Positions 9,548-19,222 of a stretch of 64,000 bases of DNA are shown here, piece by piece (position 1 is the stretch's first letter; each line of letters starts with the position of its first letter). The DNA is from Deltaproteobacteria bacterium Ga0077539 (lineage in GTDB: Bacteria > Myxococcota_A > Polyangia > Polyangiales > Ga0077539): NCBI GenBank assembly GCA_001465015.1, contig LNEO01000242.1:32896-96895 (forward strand), in the 5' to 3' direction. A model generated the notes under the pieces. That model had not been told where the DNA came from and made no database searches. It was given only the letters and a program-made list of their open reading frames with translations. The position numbers were made by a program, and so were the translations under genes.

Positions 9548-10213
9548 ATGGACCACGACGCTCCCAGCGATCGACGATGGATTCCGTGCGGCTCTTGTCA
9601 GCGGCACGTGCGGACCAGCGAATCGCGTTGCCCATTTTGCGGGCAAGAACCGCAGATGATCGAGGTGCGCCCCGTTCGCTCGCAGGCGAGCGTGCGCGTC
9701 GCGATCGCCGCTGCGCTCGCGGGCGTGTCCGCGGCGCTGTCGGCAGACGCCGCGACCGAGCACCAACGCGACGATCGAAGCGAGGGCTACTCTCGCTGGG
9801 CGATCGCGCAGGGCGCGGCGCGGTACGGGATCGCGCCTTCTCCCCGACCAGGGACCGTGATTCGCGTGCGTCTCATCGGACATACGAGCTCGAACGCCGC
9901 CGTCGATCCCGCGATCGCTCGCAGGGTGTTTCTTCGCTCCAGCGCGATGGCGCGGTCCTGCGCAGAGATGCTCGTACGCAGCGGCGGGGACGTCCGCGTC
10001 GTGCAGGGCGTCGAAGTCGCGGCCGGGCTCATCGTCGCCCCGAACGGAGCTCCGTCCGCCGCTCAGATTCGCGTCGACGAGCGCTCGTCGCTCAACGCCG
10101 CGCAGCGAACGACGCTCGGCGCGTGCTTGAACCGCGCGTTTCTCAGGTTGAGCTTTCCCTCGAGTCAAAGTCCGATCACGGTCGACTACCGCTTTCGTTA
10201 CGTCGTCGACTGA
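9548..10213 (+). CDS. Hypothetical protein with an N-terminal CxxC-x10-CxxC zinc ribbon followed by a hydrophobic anchor
   Basis: ORF 9470-10213. I prefer the ATG at 9548. Motif CGSCQRHVRTSESRCPFCG is followed by VRVAIAAALAGVSAALSADA. A paralogous N-terminus is found at 40520-40954. Confidence 0.5.
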   Translation: MDHDAPSDRRWIPCGSCQRHVRTSESRCPFCGQEPQMIEVRPVRSQASVRVAIAAALAGVSAALSADAATEHQRDDRSEGYSRWAIAQGAARYGIAPSPRPGTVIRVRLIGHTSSNAAVDPAIARRVFLRSSAMARSCAEMLVRSGGDVRVVQGVEVAAGLIVAPNGAPSAAQIRVDERSSLNAAQRTTLGACLNRAFLRLSFPSSQSPITVDYRFRYVVD

Positions 10214-10250
10214 TCACAAACGCTGCGCGCTCGCGTGCTGCCGCTCGCGT

Positions 10251-13061
10251 TCAGAGGGTGGCCATCCTCGCGAGCACGAAGCGATCGAGCCCTTCGCCTT
10301 CGGCAGCCATTTCCCAGGCCCCAACGCGCTCGAGCTCGGTCGTCACGTCCCACACCGCCGGCTCGGGAACCACCGTGTAGAGCCGCACGCCCCCGTCGCC
10401 CTTTGCGTCGCGCGAGACGCCTTCGTCCACGCGAACGCGGACGCGCGCGATGCCCGAGCCCGCTTCGAATTCGTGTGTTCCCTCTTCGACGACGATCGCC
10501 GCCGCGATCGGGCCTTCGACCCGCAGCCGTCCAGAAGGCTCGATGGTGGCTGCGCTCTCGTGCGACTCGCACCACGACGCGTATCGCTCGATCAGCCATC
10601 GCGCGCGGGCGCCCGCGCCAGGGTCCACCGGCTCGATCGCCAACACGACGGACCGCGTCGCGAGGCGCTCGGCTCGCCGTTGGATCTCCGCGCGCACGTC
10701 CTCGGCGCTCATCGCGGACACCTCGGGCGTGCTCGTCGGCGCGACCGCGACGCCCGATCCGCGCACGACCAGCTCGACCTCGCGCGGCGTCGCCGATCCC
10801 CTCGCCGCGAGCACCCGCGCGATCGGGGCGATCACCCACTGCTCGATCGCGCGCTTGAGCGGCCGCGCTCCGTAGCGCGGATCGTAGCCGAGCTTGACCA
10901 GCGTCGTGAGCACCGCGCTGCTCCCGTCGTTGCTGTCGTAGCGGACCTTCACGCCGCGGCGAAAGAGCCCCTCTCGCGCGAGCGCGCTCTCGACCGCGCG
11001 TCGCGTGATCGTGAGCACCGTCTCTTCGCTGAGCGGCGAGAACGCCACGATGTGATCGACGCGGTTCAACAGCTCGGGCCTGAAGAACTGCGCCGCCGCC
11101 GACACGTAGTGCCCGGCCATGTCCTTCGGACCCGCCGCCGCGAAGCCCATCGAGCGGTTGACCGTGTCCGCTCCCAGGTTGGACGTGAGCACCACCACGG
11201 TGTTGCGAAAGCTCACCGTGCGCCCCGAGCCATCGGTGAGGCGACCCTCGCCGAGGATCTGCAGGAGAAGATCGTGCACGCCGACGTCGGCCTTCTCGAT
11301 CTCGTCGAGGAGCACCACGCCAAACGGCTGCTCTCGCACGCGGCGCGTGAGCGACCCTTGTCCGCCCGGCGCGTCGCTCGTTAGCCGAGGAGCGCTCCCC
11401 GGCGCCGCGTACTCGCTCATGTCGAAGCGCGCCACGCGGCGCTCGTCGCCGAAGAGGTAGTGGGCGAGGGACAGGGCGCTCTCGGTCTTTCCCACGCCGG
11501 TCGGGCCGAGAAACAAAAATGACCCGAGCGGTCGCGACGGGTCGGACATCCCCGTCTTCAGCGTCACGACCAGGTCGCGCAAGAGCATCAGCGCGCTGTC
11601 TTGACCGACGACCCTCGCGCGCAGTCGCGCGAGCACGTCATCTGGATCGAGCCTCACGGTTGGATCGACGAGCGCCCGCGGATAGCCCGTGCGCTCGCTG
11701 AACGCCCGCGTGACGTCGTCCGCCGTGAGCGCGCGCGGCGCGCCGCTGTCGCTCACCGACGACTGCGCGTTGGCCACCGTGGCCCGCAACAGCGGAACGC
11801 TCGCGCCCGGCAGCGCCGTTCCGTCGCCGAAACGCTCGCAAAGATCCTCGGCGCGCAAGAGCGCCTCTTCGCTGAAGCGCACGCGCTTGCCTCGCGCGAT
11901 GCGCGCGGCGACCGACTCGAGCGCGCTCTTTCGCGCGCGACCCTCGAGCGGCGCGACATGAATCGCCCGAAGCGCGCGGACAAATGCAGGGTGCGTGCGC
12001 TCTGCGCGCAGCAGGTCCTCTGCGGTCGCTTCGCAGAGCACCACGAGCTCGCCCGCCTCGATCGAGGGCAGGAGGTAGCCGGGGATGTCCATGCCGCGAT
12101 CGCTCTGCGCGCTGGCAAAGAGCTCGCTCAAGTCCTCGATGTGCAGGACAGCGCGTCGCGTCGCGAGCACGTCGAGCATGCGTTGAACGCGCGCTTGCCA
12201 CTCGCCGAGGTAGCGCATCCCTGCCACGAGCCGCGCGCCCGAAGTGGCCCACAGCTCCATGCCGTGGAGCGGAGAGCTCTCGTCCGCTTCGATCATGCGA
12301 TGCGCGAGCTCGTTGACGATGGCGCTCTTTCCGACGCCCGCGGGGCCGACGAGGACTGCGCTGGCCTTGCGTTGCGCGGTGAGCACCGAGGCGAGCGTCG
12401 AGAGCGATTCGTCTCGCGCGAAGGCCCGGTCGAGGGTCTGCGAGCGAGCCTCTCGCGTGACGTCTCGGCACGCCTCGGCGAGGGGCCCGCGCGCCCTCGG
12501 TTGTCCTCGGGCTTCGTCCTCTTCCACCGTGGGAAAATTCGGTCGAAACGTGACCGTGAGCGGCTCGACGGTCTCGTCGCCGTCGTACGCGAGCGAGAGC
12601 AGCTTGTCAGCGTCGGCCATGAAGAGCCGCTGTCGAACGATCTCTTCGACCATCGCGTCGACGTCCGCCTCGTTGGCGAGCGTGTGCCTCACGTTGAGCC
12701 GCGGGACGCGCACGACCACGCTGCCCGCTGGCGCGTCGCCCTCCGCAGGAGCGTGCACAACCGCGGTCACGCGCAGCGGAACCGGCAACAGCCGCTCTCC
12801 CTGCACCGCGCGCAGGTTCACTTCGACGCGACGAACGCGCACCTCGCGCAACGGCGGAACCGCGCGATCGAACTCCGGGTCCCGCGAGAGCAGCCGCGAG
12901 AGCACCTTCGAGAGGTCCGCGCGCGCCTCGTCCACGTCCTCGGCGAACGTCGCGAGCTCGCTGCGCCCGAGCACCTCGACGTGATACCCGAGCCCCGAGC
13001 ACCTGCGCACGAAGACGTGAAAGCGCCGCTCCATCCGTGGATCGCCGAGAGAATCTCGCAA
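10251..13061 (-). CDS. Atypical ClpA/ClpC-like double AAA+ ATPase (936 aa) with non-canonical N- and C-terminal domains
   Basis: D1 Walker A is GPAGVGKS, with an IED sequence (VLHIEDL) where Walker B DE is expected. D2 Walker A is GPTGVGKT, Walker B VVLLDEIEKAD, sensor-2 GARPLKRAIE. SMGF lies at the position of the ClpA IGL loop. I did not recognise a Clp_N repeat or a ClpB-type middle domain. Confidence 0.85.
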   Translation of the reverse strand: MRDSLGDPRMERRFHVFVRRCSGLGYHVEVLGRSELATFAEDVDEARADLSKVLSRLLSRDPEFDRAVPPLREVRVRRVEVNLRAVQGERLLPVPLRVTAVVHAPAEGDAPAGSVVVRVPRLNVRHTLANEADVDAMVEEIVRQRLFMADADKLLSLAYDGDETVEPLTVTFRPNFPTVEEDEARGQPRARGPLAEACRDVTREARSQTLDRAFARDESLSTLASVLTAQRKASAVLVGPAGVGKSAIVNELAHRMIEADESSPLHGMELWATSGARLVAGMRYLGEWQARVQRMLDVLATRRAVLHIEDLSELFASAQSDRGMDIPGYLLPSIEAGELVVLCEATAEDLLRAERTHPAFVRALRAIHVAPLEGRARKSALESVAARIARGKRVRFSEEALLRAEDLCERFGDGTALPGASVPLLRATVANAQSSVSDSGAPRALTADDVTRAFSERTGYPRALVDPTVRLDPDDVLARLRARVVGQDSALMLLRDLVVTLKTGMSDPSRPLGSFLFLGPTGVGKTESALSLAHYLFGDERRVARFDMSEYAAPGSAPRLTSDAPGGQGSLTRRVREQPFGVVLLDEIEKADVGVHDLLLQILGEGRLTDGSGRTVSFRNTVVVLTSNLGADTVNRSMGFAAAGPKDMAGHYVSAAAQFFRPELLNRVDHIVAFSPLSEETVLTITRRAVESALAREGLFRRGVKVRYDSNDGSSAVLTTLVKLGYDPRYGARPLKRAIEQWVIAPIARVLAARGSATPREVELVVRGSGVAVAPTSTPEVSAMSAEDVRAEIQRRAERLATRSVVLAIEPVDPGAGARARWLIERYASWCESHESAATIEPSGRLRVEGPIAAAIVVEEGTHEFEAGSGIARVRVRVDEGVSRDAKGDGGVRLYTVVPEPAVWDVTTELERVGAWEMAAEGEGLDRFVLARMATL

Positions 13062-13154
13062 TCTGTCGCCGGGCGCTACGACAACCGCGCTGTCGTCGTC
13101 CCACCTCGAGCGCCCGCGCTTCGCGCGCTCGTCAGCTATGCTCGATCGGTTCGG

Positions 13155-14669
13155 ATGACAACGTTTCGATCGCTGATCGGCGAGACACGGTACGTCTTCG
13201 ATCTGCCCGAGTTCGCGGCGATCGCTCCGTCCGCTGCGGTCGTTGCGCTCGTCGGCGCTGCGACGCTCGTGAGGACGCGCGGGCTCGCGCGCGGGCTATC
13301 GATTCCGCCTGCGTTGTCCTTCGCGGCGGTGAGCTACCTGCTGACGCGCGGATCCATCACGCTCTTCGTACGCGGATCGACATACACCGCGCTTGGGCTG
13401 TTTCCGCGGGTGTTCGACGCGCTCGCGATGCTCGCCGCAGCGACGGCACTGGCGTTTGTCTTGGGGCTCGGCGCGGCGATCGACGGGGTCGCGCGCCGCG
13501 CGCGTCTCTGGGAGTACATCGTCGTTGCGCTCGCGTTGGCGCTCTCGATTGTGTCGGGCTGCTACCTGTGGCGGACGCGATCCGCGCTCGGGTCGCCGAA
13601 CGCACCGCTGCCACAGTTGCTCGGCGCGTACGCCCTTCGCGTGCAGGCGGGCGCCTCGATTCGAGCGAGCGTCGCGCTCTCGTGGCCGGCGAACACGACC
13701 TGGATCTTTCGATCCCCTGCGCGCGCCATCGACCCGGCGGAAACCGCGCGGCTACGCGCAGAGTGCTTCGAGTGCTCGCGGGAGATTTCAGGCGTCACTG
13801 TCGGGCGCGACATCGTGATGTTTCGCGCCCGCGTCGGCGCGTTCTCTGTCGAACGGATGGTGGCGTACGACGTCGAGGACGGCCGCGGAGACCCGCAATT
13901 TCCGCTGCGGGTGGGGGCTCGGTGGACCTTTCGCGAGCGGCTCGAGAGCACAACGCGCGCTGGCGGCTGGGGCATCGCGATGGCTGAGGGACTCTCGCAC
14001 CTCACTCCACAGACCATGCCGAGCCAACGCTTCGGCGAGGGGCGTCGCGAGCTGCGCGTCGAGCGGAGCTTCGTCGAAGACGGCATTCGCTATTGGGAGC
14101 TGCACTCCAACGACTCTGGCGTCGAAAGGACGCTCTTGGTCTATGGTCACGACGGCACCACCTGGCGCGTCGAGCACCGACGCAACCCGTGGCAAGAGCG
14201 ACATCGCTTCGTCGACCTGTACCCAAACCCGAGCGAGCCGGGCGTTGGAGCCGGTGTGATCCCGTGTCGAATTCATGGGCTCGATTTCACGCACTGCTCG
14301 AACGGAACGAACCCGCGGATTCCACGCGGTCCTGTGCGCGCGGTGCGCCGCGAGGGATCGGGGCAGGGGGCGTTCATCGCGGCCGTTACGCTCGGCGCGG
14401 TCGTCCCCGGCGCGGGACGGACGTGGGCGTTTTGTCTCGACCAGTACACGGAGGGGACCGGGGTCGAGATGCCCGTGCGGAACTTCGTCGCAGATCCTCC
14501 TCCCACAGCAGATCCGTCCGCTGAGCGAACGGTGCTCTGCGAGCCCCCCGCGCCAGTCACCGCGCCATCGTCAGGGGAGTCGACGAGAGCTCGCCCTGGC
14601 GCTCGCGTACGACGCGGGCGCACGACGGCCCCGCAGTCGCGGCGTGATCCCCTGAACGACTACGATTGA
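13155..14669 (+). CDS. Hypothetical integral membrane protein (N-terminal TM helices plus a ~330-aa soluble domain)
   Basis: Inner part of ORF 11601-14669, starting at ATG 13155 (MTTFRSLIGE). Has several hydrophobic helices and protein-like composition, unlike the upstream Arg-rich read-through. Divergent from the Clp-like gene. Confidence 0.5.
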   Translation: MTTFRSLIGETRYVFDLPEFAAIAPSAAVVALVGAATLVRTRGLARGLSIPPALSFAAVSYLLTRGSITLFVRGSTYTALGLFPRVFDALAMLAAATALAFVLGLGAAIDGVARRARLWEYIVVALALALSIVSGCYLWRTRSALGSPNAPLPQLLGAYALRVQAGASIRASVALSWPANTTWIFRSPARAIDPAETARLRAECFECSREISGVTVGRDIVMFRARVGAFSVERMVAYDVEDGRGDPQFPLRVGARWTFRERLESTTRAGGWGIAMAEGLSHLTPQTMPSQRFGEGRRELRVERSFVEDGIRYWELHSNDSGVERTLLVYGHDGTTWRVEHRRNPWQERHRFVDLYPNPSEPGVGAGVIPCRIHGLDFTHCSNGTNPRIPRGPVRAVRREGSGQGAFIAAVTLGAVVPGAGRTWAFCLDQYTEGTGVEMPVRNFVADPPPTADPSAERTVLCEPPAPVTAPSSGESTRARPGARVRRGRTTAPQSRRDPLNDYD

Positions 14670-14746
14670 GCTGCGAAGTCACAGCTCGCTTTGCGCTGCC
14701 ACCCTTCTGCGCCGTTGTCCTGCCCCCTCGTTCGCTCAGCGTGTGG

Positions 14747-15814
<1,068 letters not shown>

Positions 15815-16003
15815 GATCTGCTCCTTTGTCCTCTTCTCTGGACCGACCTGTCGTTCGCGCGAGCCTCGGTGCCCGCTGTGCCGTGCGACCTCGTGTCGAA
15901 CCGAGAGATGCGTGATCTCGGGCGACGACGCCAGAGGGCCATATCCGTCGTTGGGGTTTCGTGAACTCGCTCGAAGTGCTGCAAAATCGCAGACGTAGTG
16001 CGT

Positions 16004-16069
16004 GTGACAGAGTATGTCTCTGCGTGGCAAGCTCAGGATCGCGCATGCGGATGTGACAGGGAATGTCAC
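16004..16069. promoter_or_regulatory. Two related 17-bp palindromic sites in the recA/GGDEF divergent intergenic region (candidate operator)
   Basis: GTGACAGGGAATGTCAC (16053-16069) is a perfect GTGACA-N5-TGTCAC palindrome. GTGACAGAGTATGTCTC (16004-16020) is an imperfect copy 49 bp upstream. Confidence 0.3.
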
Positions 16070-16123
16070 GGTTGCACAGAAGTTGTCCTTCTTGGCGGCG
16101 CGCTGCTACCCGGGGGATCACTC

Positions 16124-18370
16124 ATGGGACTCGTGCGGTCACTCCGCGCGACCCGACGCTTCGCGCGGGTCGCGCTCGCCCCTGCGTGCGCGCTCGGGCT
16201 CGCGTCGCTCGCTGCTCGCGGCGCTTTTGCTAGCGCTCCGGGGACGCATCCTTCGCGCTCGGCGCTGGCGCTTCTGGCGCTGTCGATCCTGCTCGCCGGG
16301 ACGCGCGCGTTTCGTCGAGCTCGCGCTCGCAAAGACGATCGCACGATCGCTCCTCTCGACGGGGGAACGGCGATGATCCTCGTCGCCACGAGCTACGTCG
16401 CCATCGGCGCGACGACGGACGGCGCGCGCGCTGCGCTGTCTGCGCTGCCCGTGGTGGCGCTGGCCGTCGCCGGAGCGCTCACCGCGCCTGCGTCCGCCGT
16501 GCTCGCGGCGCTCTTTGCGTTCTGCGCAGAGGCGATGTTCTTCTTTCGCGCGCCGGGCGCGCCGCTGTCGGTGCTGTTGCTCAAGGTGGTCGTGCTGGCG
16601 CTCGCCGCGGTGGCGCACGGCGCGATCACTCGGTCGGAGGTCGAGCGCGTCCGTCGCGCGGCGGCCAAGACCCTCGAGGCCGAGCGCGAGAGACAGAAGG
16701 AAGCGGCACGGTCGTTTCGCCTCGTCGCCGCGCCCTCGCACGCGCCGCACCCTCCCTCGGAGGACGGGCGTCGCGTGCGCTCGGGGCTCGAAGAGATCCG
16801 AGAGTCCACCGCAGGGCTGCTCGAGCTCGCGAGCAAGACCCTCGACCTGCAGACCTGCGCGATCTATTGGCTCGACCCCAAGGGAGCGACGCTGCGCCTC
16901 GTCGAGGCTGTCACCGACGCGGGCGAGATCTTCTCGAAGGAGCCGATCGCCGTGGGCGCGGGCGCCGTGGGCGGCGTCGCGGCGATGTCGCGCCCTGTGT
17001 TGCTCTCGAAGCTCCGGCCCGAGTACGGCGGGCTGACCTACTACCGCTCTGCCCACGAAGCGAAGGCGTTCGCGGGGATTCCGATTCGAGACGACAAAGA
17101 AGAGCTCCGCGGCGTGGTCGTCGCGGATCGCTCCGAGGATCGTCCGTTCGAAGAGCACGAGCAGCACGCGCTCGAGTCGCTGGCGCAGCAAGCGCTGCGG
17201 CTCGTGCGCACCGAGCGGCTCTTCGCGGCGATGGAGAAGAGCAAGGACGAGCTCGCGAAGATGCACAAGGCGTCGCGCGCCCTCGGAGACGCGCTCACAG
17301 AAGACCAGGTGCTCGACGCGGTCGCCGAGAGCTCGCGGGCCTTCGTCGACCATGATCTGTGCGTGATCACCGCGTTCGACGAGCGCGCCAGAGAGCACCG
17401 CGTTCGCTTCGCCGAGGGCGACGGCGCCGAGTCGCTCGCGGGCAAGACGTTCGCGTCGAACAAGGGCATCGCGTCCGCGGTGGTCGAGTCGCGTCACGCC
17501 GCGCCGTACCGCGGGCAGTACGACCCCAAGACCCAGGTCTTGTTCACCCGCGAGCAGCCCCTCGAGGGAATGGAGTCCGCCCTCTGCCTCCCCCTGGTCG
17601 TCCGCGATCACGCGATCGGAACGCTCACGCTCGCAGCCCGTCGTCGCGGCGCCTTTCCCGACGCCACGCGCCAGCTCCTCAGCGTGCTCGCGGGCAACGC
17701 CGCCGTCGCGCTCTCGAACGCCGCCGCCGTGCGCAGGCTCGAAGAGATGGCGACGACCGACCCGATGACGGGCCTGCTCAACAAGCGCTCGCTCGAGGCG
17801 GAGTTCGAAAAGCGCATCAAGAGCGCGGGGCGCTTCGGCCGCAAGCTCTCGGTCCTCGTCACCGACATCGACAAGTTCAAGAGCGTCAACGACACCTACG
17901 GTCACTCGACGGGCGACGTCGTGATCAAGGGCCTCGGCGCGATCCTGTCGAAGTGCAAGCGCGACACCGACGCGGTCGCGCGCTTCGGCGGCGAAGAGTT
18001 CGTGCTCGTCTGCGAAGAGACCGACACCGAGGGCGCCTACGCGCTCGCCGAGCGCATCCGCACCGAGCTCGAGAAGGCTGTCTTCGCGACGGAGATGGGG
18101 CCCCTGAAGGTCACGTGCTCGCTCGGCGTCGCAGAGTTTCCTCGGGACGGCGCGAACAAAGAAGACCTGTTTCACCGCGCCGACGAGGCGCTCTACGAGG
18201 CCAAGCGCGGCGGACGCAACCGCACGTGCATCGCGGGAAAGCGCTCGAGCAGCAGCACCCCTCCTGCCGAACCAGTCAAGCCGCAACCCGCCAAGAACGC
18301 CACGCGCTCTGCGCCCGTCGCCACGACGCGCCCGACGCAACGCCCCGAGAAGAAGCGCATCGCCGGCTGA
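16124..18370 (+). CDS. Membrane-bound diguanylate cyclase: N-terminal TM region, GAF-like domains and a GGDEF domain
   Basis: Interior ATG at 16124. Hydrophobic N-terminal third. C-terminal DPMTGLLNKRSLE...TDIDKFKSVNDTYGH...RFGGEEF...EALYEAKRGGRN. An RxxD I-site (RDTD) lies five residues upstream of GGEEF. Confidence 0.85.
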   Translation: MGLVRSLRATRRFARVALAPACALGLASLAARGAFASAPGTHPSRSALALLALSILLAGTRAFRRARARKDDRTIAPLDGGTAMILVATSYVAIGATTDGARAALSALPVVALAVAGALTAPASAVLAALFAFCAEAMFFFRAPGAPLSVLLLKVVVLALAAVAHGAITRSEVERVRRAAAKTLEAERERQKEAARSFRLVAAPSHAPHPPSEDGRRVRSGLEEIRESTAGLLELASKTLDLQTCAIYWLDPKGATLRLVEAVTDAGEIFSKEPIAVGAGAVGGVAAMSRPVLLSKLRPEYGGLTYYRSAHEAKAFAGIPIRDDKEELRGVVVADRSEDRPFEEHEQHALESLAQQALRLVRTERLFAAMEKSKDELAKMHKASRALGDALTEDQVLDAVAESSRAFVDHDLCVITAFDERAREHRVRFAEGDGAESLAGKTFASNKGIASAVVESRHAAPYRGQYDPKTQVLFTREQPLEGMESALCLPLVVRDHAIGTLTLAARRRGAFPDATRQLLSVLAGNAAVALSNAAAVRRLEEMATTDPMTGLLNKRSLEAEFEKRIKSAGRFGRKLSVLVTDIDKFKSVNDTYGHSTGDVVIKGLGAILSKCKRDTDAVARFGGEEFVLVCEETDTEGAYALAERIRTELEKAVFATEMGPLKVTCSLGVAEFPRDGANKEDLFHRADEALYEAKRGGRNRTCIAGKRSSSSTPPAEPVKPQPAKNATRSAPVATTRPTQRPEKKRIAG

Positions 18371-18400
18371 TCGATCGGCAAACTCGTCCACGCGGTCACC

Positions 18401-19222
18401 GTGATGTACCGTGGGACGTCTGGCATGCCTCCGCTCCTTCGTCGGTGTGTGTTCGTCTTTGCGCTCGCCTGCTCAGCGAGCGCTTCGTCCGCCGCGCAAA
18501 CAGCGCCGAACGGAGATCCTCCGAGCGCCACCGCTCCGCGTCGCAGGGCCGAAGCGCAAGAGTTCTTTCGGCGCGCCACGACCGAGTACGACGCTGGGCG
18601 ATTCGCCGTGGCCGCAGCGCTGTTTCGCGCCGCATTCGAGGCCGATCGCAGCAACACCGCCTATCTGTTCAACGCCGCGCGCGCCGCCGAGCGCGCCGAT
18701 GACCGTCCGCAAGCGGTCTCGCACTACGAGTGGCTCTTGCGCGAGCTGCCCGAGAGCGCGGCGGACGCGAGGCGCTCGGTGCAAGAGTCGCTCGATCGTC
18801 TTCGCGCGCCGACGCCTCCGCCGGTCCGTGAGCCGCCGAGGGTCGATCCGCCGCCCACGGATCGACCTCCGGTGTCCGTGCGTCCGGTCGATCCAGCGCC
18901 TCCGCGCTTCTCCGCGGGGCCGTTCGTGCTGCTCGGAGGGAGCGCGCTCGCTTTCGGTGGAGCTGCCCTCTTCTTCGCGCTTCAACAGGGCGCCCTCGCT
19001 CGCTGCCGCCCCGGCATGATGGGCGCGATCGAGTGCAGGGAGGCCGACGAGAGCGCGGCGCGCAGCATGAATATTGGTGCCAATATTTCCCTCGGCCTCG
19101 GCGGCGGCCTCGCGGTCGCTGGCGGAGTGTGGCTGGTGATTCAGGCCACTCGACGGCTCGAGCGGCCGGCGGTGGCCGTCGTTCCGATGACCAACGGCGT
19201 CGCGGTGGGAGGTGTGTTGTGA
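18401..19222 (+). CDS. Hypothetical secreted TPR-like protein with a Pro-rich linker and C-terminal TM helices
   Basis: 273-aa ORF. Signal peptide VFVFALACSASASSAAQ, a helical TPR-like segment, a PPV/PPT-rich linker and two hydrophobic helices. Confidence 0.5.
   Translation: MMYRGTSGMPPLLRRCVFVFALACSASASSAAQTAPNGDPPSATAPRRRAEAQEFFRRATTEYDAGRFAVAAALFRAAFEADRSNTAYLFNAARAAERADDRPQAVSHYEWLLRELPESAADARRSVQESLDRLRAPTPPPVREPPRVDPPPTDRPPVSVRPVDPAPPRFSAGPFVLLGGSALAFGGAALFFALQQGALARCRPGMMGAIECREADESAARSMNIGANISLGLGGGLAVAGGVWLVIQATRRLERPAVAVVPMTNGVAVGGVL

Noticed and set aside
14668-14687. Short hairpin (GAGCTG-N8-CAGCTC) between the convergent membrane-protein gene and recA, as a possible bidirectional terminator
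   Set aside because: It has only a 6-bp stem, no flanking T/A tracts, and overlaps the stop codon of the plus-strand gene.
15961-15977. Partial match, on the recA strand, to the Myxococcus-type LexA box CTRHAMRYBYGTTCAGS (CTTCGAGCGAGTTCAC)
   Set aside because: It has about four or five mismatches to the degenerate consensus, including the final G. That is too weak to call without a genome-wide model.
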